Source of the DNA: Urbifossiella sp.
GTDB taxonomy: Bacteria > Planctomycetota > Planctomycetia > Gemmatales > Gemmataceae
Length of the DNA: 44,733 bases
NCBI GenBank assembly: GCA_044220735.1
Contig: JBGAQM010000002.1
Coordinates: 1 to 44,733 of the forward strand
Direction: 5' to 3'
Part shown: positions 43,101 through 44,733 of the stretch, in pieces
Layout of the letters: every line of letters begins with the position of its first letter
Numbering within the stretch: position 1 is the first letter of the stretch
Notes under the pieces: generated by a model
The model's input: the letters and a program-made list of their open reading frames with translations, nothing else
What the model was told of the DNA's origin: nothing
The model's database searches: none
Position numbers and translations under genes: made by a program

Positions 43101-44733
43101 CGGCGGCCGCTCGGTCACCGTCTCGAACGTCCCGCCGACGCTCAACGGCTTTACGGTGAACGGCGGCACCACGGCGACCGTCGCCGAGGGCGGGGCGCTC
43201 ACGGTCGCCGGCAGCTTCACCGACCCGGGCGTCGCGGCCGGCACCGCGACCTTCACCGTCACCGTGGCGTGGGGCGACGGCACCACCTCCAACGCGGTCG
43301 TGACCGGCGGCACCTTCAACGCCAGCCACGTCTACGCCGACGACAGCCCGGTCGGCGGATACCCGGTGTCCGTCACCGTGGACGACGGCAGCGGCGGCAC
43401 CGACAGCCTCGGCGGCCGCTCGGTGGTCGTCACGAACGTCGCCCCGGTCGTGAACCCCGGTGCCGACGTGGCGGTCTCCGCCGGGACGCGGTTCGTCCGC
43501 ACCGGCTCGTTCGCCGACCCGTCGGCCGACACCGCGACCGCCACCGTGGACTACGGCGACGGCAGCGGGCTGCAACCCCTCGCCGTCAGCGGCCGGAACT
43601 TCACCCTCGACCACACCTACGGCGCCACCGGCGTCTACCTCGTCACCGTCCTGGTGACGGACGAGAACGGCGGCGTCGGCTCGGCGTCGTTCAACATCGC
43701 CGTCGGCAACGTCGGCCCCACGCTCTCCGCCGTGGCCGACCGCACGGCCACGCCCGGCGAGTTGGTCAACTTCGCCCCGCTGGCGACGTTCACCGACCCG
43801 AACTTCGGCCCGGCCGAGGCGTACGGGTACAGCATCATCTGGGGCGACGGCTCGGCGGCCGAGACCGGCACCGCGAGCATCACGGCCCCGGGGAGCGCCG
43901 GCAGCCCGACGCGCGGGGCGATCAACGCCGCCCACCGCTTCCCACGCGAGGGCACCTACGTCGTCACCGTGACGCTCGTCGACCGCGACGGGGCGACGGA
44001 CACGAAGCAGTTCCGCGTTGCGGTCGGCACCACGAGCTTCCTCGCGGTCGCCAACGACACCGGCGGCCCGCCGGTGGTCCACGTCTACAACCCGGACGGG
44101 TCGAAGCGGTTCGACATCGCCGCCTACGCCCCGTCGTTCCTCGGCGGCGTCCGCGTCGCGGTCGGCGACATCGACGGCGACGGCACCCCGGACATCGTGA
44201 CGGCGGCCGGCCCCGGCGGCGGCCCGCACGTGCAGGTGTTCAGCGGGAAGGACGGCAGCCGGCTCCGCAGCTTCTTCGCCTACGAGCCGACGGTCATCAC
44301 CGGCATCTGGGTCGCGGCCGGGGACGTGGACGGCGACGGGTACGACGACATCGTCACCGGGGCGGGCGCCGGCGGCGGCCCGCACGTGCAGGTGTTCAGC
44401 GGGAAGGACAACCACTCGATCCACAGCTTCTTCGCCTACGCCCCGGACTTCAGCGGCGGGGTGACGGTGGCGGCCGGGGACGTGAACGGCGACGGCCGGG
44501 CGGACATCATCACCGGGGCCGGGTTCGGCGGCGGCCCGCACGTGCAGGTGTTCGACGGCGTGGACCACCACACGCGGGCCAGCTTCTTCGCCTACGAGGA
44601 CACCGTTCGCAACGGCATCTTCGTGGCGGCCGGCGACTTCGACGGCGACGGATTGGCCGAGGTGCTAACCGGCCCCGGCGCCGGCGGCGGCCCGGCGGCG
44701 CGGGTGTTCGAGGCCGAGACCGGGGTGGTGCGG
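18847..44733 (+). CDS. Giant beta-helical surface protein, main/C-terminal part (8,629 codons in window, open at right edge)
   Basis: Frame 1 is open from 18820 (after TGA 18817-18819). It reads VVRLLAANQLPDWQALVTVNGTGLLDLNNFNDTIG... to ...GGGPAARVFEAETGVVR. The ORF track lists no frame-1 plus ORF here, consistent with no stop codon. Contains dozens of PATR repeats, inserted domains, PKD-like repeats and FG-GAP repeats. Confidence 0.9.
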   Translation, partial: MVRLLAANQLPDWQALVTVNGTGLLDLNNFNDTIGTADGQTALNVTSGVVRTGTGAGAGTLTLNGDLVTTALFGVGTLPGTNNVLAAPVIAGKLNLGSGYARTINVNDRNELMVDAVLTADVSGTADVFKIGGGNLLVSGANSGWSGALSINNNAGFNQASLTVGSDTALGTGVVFPVNTIQIGADGGPRSIANRVVTQDLRLSGGNDLTLSGAVDLNAGATFTVFAPVNLAFTGGLGELVNGFNLSKSGAGTLVIASPALMSGALTINGAGGSVVVTGAGTLPNVSGVTVNVGGTLLLDNTTTAVGDRLRDAAQVTLAGGALEFRGNAAAPVSEVVGTIQANSNFSSTVTSVSQGAAATLSANLLSRQASSFVSFRGYGADLGSATNRLIFYTPLTPQLVNGVLPFATLAKAGDLDFAGYDPARGVVAAAARTTLAGAAATDSVKLTASQSISAATAVNALLIVGSNVTVGGTVPLLVGSGLLVGDGASNKLTTPVLFGGATGLVNVSTLRQPGAGPSSLELAGAVDGESGLTKLGTGRLTLAAANTYAGATTVAEGVLRASDGGALGVTAGGAASQGTTVLTGAALELDGSAANLSVGAEALTLSGAGFGYGNQTAILTSGNTGALRSLAGANSWAGSLTLPSPGGGQTLAVVFGADAGSLTLTGTLTGGGTGDVNSRLNINKVGGGTVVLAGATAATTVGAGTQGQINTTVFEGTLALNKSPGVNALPNQVQNNIQVGDNVGPAGADVLRLLASDQIADTNHLITVQGSGLLDLNGNSERIDTTLNLVSGLTASAAVTTGAGTLVINTANNITVTAQANTFGNLTPVVVSGTLALNVGGGAAATRTVTTNDTIGEVDLRLAARLTDGDGNANLQNITTAGNGRLELTNGANDFSGVFTVAAGRTRVSAAGALGASGAGAGTTVNANLSLELNGVTVVDEVLSLNGSGFGGRGALVGVPGTTSVWQQSTFVGNLITLAGAATIGVDTAATVDLSASVSIGSTITKLLPGTLRLSGGTLANSGAGGLIIAEGTVRLAKNAGVDAFGTGTLDVSANNDFGGQDADVLIQEASEQINAAANVRVSASGLWDLGGFTESLGNGSTGTVLTLFTGLAHRAHVKNGTLTLAGGTVSTSNITVSTATGGLGANMLSNSLGVWFDSDLAVNLGGSRRDFITNPAGFSQNVLQVDGVVTNGQINKTNVGGTLLLTNAGNNFGANEAQTLTAPGAAFTLTFRGATTVSLAAAAAASGGAGSVQTELENLSTIGAGNVVVTGAAGGPYTITFQGALANRDLPLLTASVGTIAELQIGGAILLQGGVVAVGNSGALGGGLSAARNSAGSLRADGGAVTISRPVDLVSGTSGAFAFTILGDAPLTFAGPVSLGNNDATITVNTPQAVTFAGSPALNVGVRTVTINTIAGNTTTLAGALVDTAGPAAGALTKSGLGTLVLAAANAYDGTTTVSAGVLRAANSAALGTTTNAVQTFGVTSTGGGSFTLTFNNQVTPALAYSATTPPTAAAVEAALNALPLVAAVGGGISVTSSTPAGPTTTYTVTFGGALAGFAQGLMTVTVTTPVSISTAAAITTAGGGGTTVSSGAALEVAGSGNTFAESLTLNGIGLGGAPTGALRLFDATPNSAEAVTWTGSIALAAATAVGVTAGGANGDTLTLGGTGTITGANSLTKFGEGTVVLGGTSNNTYTGGTVVAQGTLVLNKQDTAGRPFQPNATGTGAVTVGDEGGLDVMVYGGTAGVDQLYGLGSVTVTTSGVFDLNGKSDFIGGLVLETGRLTSAVVQTGAGALVLSADVVVNPFGPSAFAGTPATISGTLTLAGAVNANQVGTSNTAPQFTVNTGAVLTVTAAVGQLQPVGGFVPGLQESRIPRGTFPNAAAPLTPTANQLYPRLGEVFNGATPGNPWGTNEIWVYTGQFFDADGVVSFGSNIDDDAYISIDGVVVYGPFSDNTSHASGLLTLGAGVGGGWHTIDIRVGNGSGGAGANNANGWTNAFGFGIAPNGTTSTAGTSYAMPVDNGSMNLFRSASAAVPYALAKSGGGVLNLTAANTYTGGTTVSAGTLTFAGAGSAAATSAVSVAAGGVLVLDNTATNNNNRIADAAAVTLGGTLLFKGNATTASTETLGALALTAGTASTVRSEYGGVPGQALTFTASSGAVLTRNPGATLNLSTDNDFVLGVNEVRFVATGTATLPGLTGGVLPWLTVTTFSAPAAGAGAEAIDLGTDLDPGALTLSLGRLLAYDASNVKVTSGNTGLTLGSTINALLLAGSGLTANVSGTTTVTSGQVVNVGGSNSIAGGTLAFAGAEPLFFTFGANAAQTIDVTGVTAPVFTLTLPVNAPGTTSPTQGPTQVAPSAVQTTGPLNPATLTAAALRQALEALPAVGPGNVSVAQSGTVFTVTFVGALAGGAIPKLVANVTGAGVVPLVAVSAAGGGVLAVGSSVTGTTAGRKLRKGGLRLSGDNQAGGGYTGVLTVEEGELIAGHVNALGAVAAGTTVALGAALTYDLAGTVTAAAEPLTLSGTGYLNNDSGALRVVGGGTVTQAAAVTHVGANLVVSVDAASTLILTGSLTNANQNFIKAGAGTLEFGGTGKAGGGNGVFVNAGTLRLNMTGTNTMNSHLFVGSNDGGPAAAQVVYATTAGTDQIVAGANVTIYRSGRIDFNGITDTFTSLTILEGSAVNSRSVANTITSTSGLTMTGGSVDMGTGTLTLGGNVTVNAGGGPATIAGTLALGAAARTFTVNDSAARDDLVVSANITSGVAGALVKAGGGTLVLTGSNAVLGTNEVQTLTFNNAPLGGAFILAFGGAVTAPIVFDPASQANNVAAIQAALQALPTVGAGNLTVTSSSITAYTVTFGGALAGADVPAIIVALDQALGSAAAPQPTITVATPTGGVSGYQLGGGVLAVGSANALNTALARTGLQITGTSELWAYGADRTLFNSLQVGASFTLGARRDVVGSGDTALLAGPGTNDPFNLTFDATTRGTINTLTPTLTVNDPNAGVSILGNLGENTTTLAAAGNQIIKAGFGQLTLGGNNAFTGLTSVNVGTLRATSNNALGAPRTATQRVTLAAVGTFGLTVTAPAAFGGQILATGVVFTDTTTAAAMQAALNALPSVGGVGGSVTVTRVVNPGVPGTVYWFIEFGGTFAGFDVTVAVNAGTATPTVATALAGNIVGAAVGTSVATGAALVLDGSLSIGNESLSLTSGSGAGSGYVGDTGLATKGGGSLVGVNGTSTWGTGETPITLAGNTVTVGDGLVLNASVSGTVGLNKVGAGTLVLGGAAPNTYSGTTFVNDGTLALAKAAGMPAVLGAINVGDDMGTGPDVLELRASEQFLYGGATSIPVNVPSVQASGAIRTTAAMSASVTQEVQAIVFAGTTAGNTYTINAGGPIATAVTGALVNDTAAQLQARLTAPGVLAAGVTGVRVLQFGTSPNVTNVLIFTTTTNQGAISATAPTTGTTTVTTLVNAGLLGRQTVAGLTMQIGYDPTSPNTGTAARVVLDAGSTLHLAGNVTTTAEPGASGFGATPEITGGTLALLPEAATAGTARTFTLVDAALATDFTLSSAVVDGAAFLGGLTKANATGATASRLVLSGANTYTGVTNLTSGFLQAVGGSALGASNATQAAGTTVQPTGVLELSGTTIAGEHLQLFITNGGFGMQPGLYDAPGQFAVAQPSGVNNMYGTGVLRAVGAATSTWAGNVELRSQDTGNRFLAVGADAGSTLVIDGVVYGANSSNTVQGNGLVKVGTGTLEVRGANTTTVTGFGSNPATTYTGNTVVTAGTLVLNKPGTAIAGTLIVGDGRGGNDADVVRYGPLAGTDEIGAVTVTVLGSGKLDLSQAKAQGNETHLLTFHPSTAGGTFNLTYLGQPVGGAAITFSTVAATTVTSLTNALAVAFGAGNFTVANAGDAYHYAIQLTGQFAGVNVSDFGAANVALTGPSPSVAATKLRDGAGNESQTVTLGGTTGGTVTVSFNGVAGSAGTILTYTPATSPTAAQVLAHLNTIPALAGNVAVAGNPGGPFSVVYRNGLGSVDVGDTVLTFATTGGTTAVVATDGQGGNATPGTLGNEVQLLTLGGSVTGGGFLLNHAGYVTDVLPFNASAAAIQAALAALPSVGTGNVAVTALSATDFLLTFRAALDQRDVAQTTAINTLAGSAPTALLSTVLAGAPTDAVGAINLAHGADLDTGALSLVLGGNLTVYGHAGANGSATVLGSLDLVNTGRTIVVNDGAAAADLSLTASLTGQAGAAVTLSGPGTTDYAGAARHLYAGPTTLNEGTLVLNKTTGPAILGTLTVGDGVGGPAADVVRYGAAGGANQIADPVGVVVNASGLLDLANRSDAFGAAPLPTSTTGPTFGLSLQVAPGFSAAVATGTGTLTLLGSVNVTQSNAPLTTAVTPSATISGSLNFAGGVRAINVADGAAANDLVVSATIVDGTSAGLVEARLTTSQFDETTPNPGGQNQLYPRMGETSAKPPWGDNETWVYTGQYFDADGQFAFAENIDDNVLIIIDGVVRLRNTGSTPSSAFNTATTTGSTVGGNSTTTGTVAGANTFGGTTNFGMGPAGDGWHNIEIRLGNGGGGAGPVASTAGSGAPNWTAAFGLGLRDSTTNLTSVDAFDYLIPTDPGDGSRFRSVRGGIVAGGTGRVVLAGATTLTGGVSVTAGELMITAATSFGGTTAVSANAALTLAGAGTLAGTTGLTVGSNARLTLDNSTTNLPDRLPDAAPLTISGGTLSFVGNAAGSTESVGAVTLGGNTTSTVRSSTSGGTNVLTLGGLTRGAGAFVNFVGGTTDLGPAENQVKATGVTNNAVIPYAEVVGGNGAQLAAYSTAVGVRGVPPATQPTVYKTSFAEVTSPTDVVRLTRSEAISGAVTVAGLEIAGDGVSITGAGSLTVSSGTVTVTGGNPIAATIAVPLTLGAASGADDVVQIDAGATLTVTGTLTTTAGATLRKRGGGTLTLPGANAVASAVVVEEGVIRVGASNSLATAATTVSAGAALEFTADLGSFVAPLTVNGLGPNLTGALRFAPGVTSVQLGPTGNTNGGTVLTLGSTTAFAVPAGGTLTVNGVATAGAAQTATKYGTGTLVLTGNGANSGNFNLVVAEGQVNLAKTAAVAVAGTLTVGDDAGGDDADRATVTGAAGQSATLVVTSSGRFDLNGINFTANAVTLSVGPAASGDVVNTSATAATLTLNGNVTQNLAANASFGNALGAAPPARIGADGSTNLTLSLNNAARTFTVTDRTSFTALSSTSALAQPGSDDLRVNAAITDGGTGGTLTASGSGRLALAAANTLTSTGTVVTVNANTILTVRTAAGFGTTAGGTVLVSSGGTLELDSAAALNVNKALTLQGGGATESVAGGLVTRALGALRVLQGDHTWAGQVTQSTAGVGIEMPNAATTLTFTGGYNLGGQNLTFTGPGTLDFQSAVTGTGSGVPAVNIQDGTFRLSGAAGAMTGLGATNGVRVQFSGTFHVRDTGAALADRVGNTTPIELTGGRLLYEGNAAGSTETFGTVTVVAGTANVIETQTSGGTNTLTFGNLVTNTGSAVRFVGTGTALGSGNQLLFTTSPTLTNGVINRGTALSGGQLDLATVTGAGPFRVEALPAGSYYTGALSAAPANANVLITASDSSGAPAAAVNAVLVRGSGIAVTGAGTLTTAVLAAAGGANSLSGMGLTNAGETVVTVAAGATLDVGSTISGALALTKAGPGNLRLSGPSANTYSGATVVGEGPLTVAKAGGLSSSATATNPGGVSGGRIVVDGGGTGISVGNANLTLGGFFGMGGGAIPLQSINGANTWGTGATTIALNNSQVGITVDAGGTLTLAATVTTAGNGIVKTGAGTLVLAGTGANSYGGNTIVADGALRLAKTANVAAIPGATLVVNPGLSVSVVTPFDGQLAGGANVRLLDGATLALNGTSGTANELTLVGTTLDTGGGLLTVNSNVLVGESATASVLAGAVSLNNSAHNFVVPDGTAGADLVVSAALVGGGATTGLVTKLGTGQMVLSTVNTYAGSTVVAAGVLEIRNAFALGTSDGTAANGTVVNAGATLRLNAAGGPDVAVGNEVLTLNAAAFGSGAVAGGTLVALDNAAGNNAWNGPIVLASAATAGPAGLAVNVAAGTSLGLGGTISQTGTAALGLTLLGAGSTELRGTTANTYTGTTTIAAGTLTLNQSAGVVAVPGNLVVGNAAAGTTATVRLLSGDQIADSAVVSVQAGSTLDLNGNADTIGGLTLQTGTTAASVVTAGSLTLLGNLVVGTTGTGVTGVTIPASITFGTSPREIDAAGALTLAGPVGGPASAAITKQGAGAVTLAAGVTETFTGPLLVNQGTLVVDATTAAAAAVSVAAGATLAGRGTVGGPVTVLTSTLTAPATGGTLNPGTAVAGSTARLSTGSLSLTTAATFQADLSGTTADSGYDQVRVAGAVSLGGSVLSIGLGFTPPAGSVYVIIDNDGADAVTGTFAGLANGATVAAGGSTFRIFYTGGDGNDVVLVEATAPTTVYVDDATNFNIGHAPSPGEFIPDGDLGTAGDQPAVFEVTAFSTINAGVAAVATAGLVVVNAGTYGEAANVNKAATVRLTTGAAVTVDSLDAVAAATIDLGANLLTVGDATGPHTIAGTVVGAGGSLNKVGIGSLALSGANTYTGGTTVSAGRLAVNNASGSGVGSGDVLVSGGTLAGTGAVSGNVTVNSGAFLSPGDPTGTLTVGNATLAAGATFVTNLAGTAAGQFGQLASAGTIDLTAGPALQIVQLYSPADLDNYVVLHALGTGTVTGAFAGIPRTLSVVPVVTPAFTFNYAFTADGDARANDGLLARDTVPALAAPANQTVNEGALTTVTLGTLTDTDVGDSWTVDVNWGDGTAHTVFTTSTPGLLQAQHEYVEGPNGYTVTVTVTDSLAASATTSFGVTVDNVAPFSLASVVDTQDVNEGSALTLSGSFAEPGVLDPVTVTVGWGAGETTSTFAVGLLSTRAAGQTVASSTDGATLTILSVAPDNKSFGYTVTHLYRDDNPSGTATDPYAVTVFAADDDAGGTGSSTVHGIFVQNVAPVLGGVAVTAPSISEGGTATVVGTLSDVGVLDTQTLTVAWGGGETTSTFAVGAPASLAVGQTIPSSTDGATLTITAVSATGFSFSASHVYVDDPAGLPDTFAVTVTARDDDTGTTSAATSVTVGNVAPVVSAVSFDRTTVTEGGSVTVSGTVSDVGAPDALTVTVAWGTGEGTSTPALVPTGTPGVYTFSATHTYADDALTPNPTDDYTVTVTADDDDGGTSNVVTQTVTVVNANPVLSLVTLSPGSINEAGNVTLTGTVSDVGVPDVLAVTVVWGAGEGTTVLSGAALTMTGPGTYTFSTTHQYTHPPTPGSPSGSFTVSVTAADDDGGSAGPVDRTVTVNNVAPVVNGFTVNGSAAPAITEGQTVTLNGTFADPGLAAGTGQFVAVVTWGDGTTSNATVGSGTFTATHTYRDDNPSNTASDPYGVSVTVTDGYAGSGSLGGVTVTVVNVAPTVGGFTVNGSSSSTTVGEGQVVNLAGTFSDPALGVVTESFTAVVTWGDGTTSNAVVTGGAFATSHAYAIQNGVGYAVTVTVADDDGGTLALGGRTVVVTNTPPTVVAFTVNGVNDATSDEGQLVTLAGTFNDAVLAFGTETYTATVSWGDGTTTTAPVAGGTFAFTHTYLDDNGFGTGSDTLPVSVSITDSDGGTGNLGGRTVTVTNVAPTVTGFTVNGGTAATIAEGGSVTVSGTFADPAFGVVTESFTATVTWGDGSTTPATVSGNTFTATHTYAGSSPVGGFAVSATVRDDDGGAGTLGGRTVTVNNTAPTVTGFTVNGGGTATINEGQSVNLAGTFTDLSLGLPGETFTALVTWGDGTTSSALVTGGTFAASHTYADDSPVGGYPVSVAVSDDDGGTGSLGGRSVTVNNLAPAVTTFTVNGGTTTTIAEGQSVSLAGTFADAALGVPTETFAAVVAWGDGTTSNAVVSGNGFTASHVYGDDSPVGGYAVSVTVTDDNGGSGSLGGRTVSVTNTAPTVTGFTVNGGTTASLTEGQTVSLAGTFADAALGVLTETFTAVVAWGDGSTSNATVSPGGNFTASHVYAGNSPVGGYPVSVSVTDDNGGTGSLGGRSVTVSNVPPTLNGFTVNGGTTATVAEGGALTVAGSFTDPGVAAGTATFTVTVAWGDGTTSNAVVTGGTFNASHVYADDSPVGGYPVSVTVDDGSGGTDSLGGRSVVVTNVAPVVNPGADVAVSAGTRFVRTGSFADPSADTATATVDYGDGSGLQPLAVSGRNFTLDHTYGATGVYLVTVLVTDENGGVGSASFNIAVGNVGPTLSAVADRTATPGELVNFAPLATFTDPNFGPAEAYGYSIIWGDGSAAETGTASITAPGSAGSPTRGAINAAHRFPREGTYVVTVTLVDRDGATDTKQFRVAVGTTSFLAVANDTGGPPVVHVYNPDGSKRFDIAAYAPSFLGGVRVAVGDIDGDGTPDIVTAAGPGGGPHVQVFSGKDGSRLRSFFAYEPTVITGIWVAAGDVDGDGYDDIVTGAGAGGGPHVQVFSGKDNHSIHSFFAYAPDFSGGVTVAAGDVNGDGRADIITGAGFGGGPHVQVFDGVDHHTRASFFAYEDTVRNGIFVAAGDFDGDGLAEVLTGPGAGGGPAARVFEAETGVVR
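22495..31335 (+). repeat. Nine dispersed ~90-120 aa 'NEVQ' alpha/beta domains inserted in the beta-helix
   Basis: Copies start at ~22495, 23278, 25801, 27199, 28033, 28942, 30370, 30694 and 31033. Consensus NEvQtlT...gGtFtLtf.......aaa.vqaAL.aLp.vG.GNv.Vt.....ytvTF.GalAg.dv. Confidence 0.8.
24451..24940 (+). other. PA14-like inserted domain, copy 1
   Basis: GLQE...NQLYPRLGE...PWGTNEIWVYTGQFFDADGVVSFGSNIDDDAYISIDGVVV...GWHTIDIRVGNGSGGAG...WTNAFGFG. The pattern W..tG...F...DD....IDG...H.I.I resembles PA14. Confidence 0.65.
32140..32721 (+). other. PA14-like inserted domain, copy 2
   Basis: GLVE...NQLYPRMGE...PWGDNETWVYTGQYFDADGQFAFAENIDDNVLIIIDGVV...GWHNIEIRLGNGGGGAG...WTAAFGLG. Confidence 0.65.
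39223..44030 (+). repeat. About 15 tandem PKD/Ig-like domains
   Basis: Units of NVAP...EG..V.L.GTF.D......V.WGDG......F...H.Y.DD....V.V.V.DDDGG. The most similar units start at 41887, 42196, 42505, 42814, 43126 and 43435 (309-312 nt spacing). Confidence 0.85.
44040..44733 (+). repeat. FG-GAP/VCBS-type calcium-blade repeats (156-nt period), partial
   Basis: GGVRVAVGDIDGDGTPDIVTAAGPGGGPHVQVF, GDVDGDGYDDIV, GDVNGDGRADII, GDFDGDGLAEVL. GGGP motifs sit at 44215, 44371, 44527 and 44683. Confidence 0.9.

Larger units (their letters stand above)
14895..44733 (+). pseudogene. Single giant adhesin-like gene interrupted by one frameshifting deletion at ~18846 (real lesion or assembly error)
   Basis: The same repeat type continues across the frame change. 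The junction lacks the L.VGD..GG..AD segment present in paralogous repeats, e.g. 21001-21130 and 31660-31790. Confidence 0.6.

Noticed and set aside
44215-44700. Regularly spaced near-identical DNA repeats resembling a CRISPR array (also 9920-10081)
   Set aside because: Periods are multiples of three (156 and 126 nt), the spacers are homologous coding sequence, and there are no cas genes.
14895-44733. Intein/Hint, toxin, RTX or reverse-transcriptase (DGR) modules in or near the giant gene
   Set aside because: I saw no such motifs while reading the translation. The true C-terminus is outside the window, so it cannot be excluded there.

Overview
Very GC-rich bacterial window whose gene families point to Planctomycetota, probably Gemmataceae-like (inferred, not searched). 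The first 14.5 kb is fairly ordinary. A minus-strand operon encodes a DUF1592-type CxxCH protein, a DUF1552 protein and a secreted Kelch/FN3 protein that runs off the left edge. On the plus strand are dusC, a Ser/Thr kinase-WD40 protein, a Ser/Thr kinase-PilZ fusion and a GH32 levanase-like enzyme. The remaining 30 kb is one giant surface-protein gene (14895 to beyond 44733, about 9,950 codons here, no stop yet). The ORF track largely misses it because it runs off the right edge. It starts with a planctomycete LEDRTL export motif, followed by a very long PATR-type beta-helical stalk. Nine small alpha/beta 'NEVQ' domains and two PA14-like domains are inserted into the stalk's loops. About 15 PKD/Ig-like repeats and FG-GAP repeats follow. 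The gene is broken once, at about 18846, by an apparent deletion of roughly 15-20 codons that shifts the frame. The long minus-strand ORFs over it are antisense shadows. I saw no rRNA, tRNA, CRISPR array or transposase.
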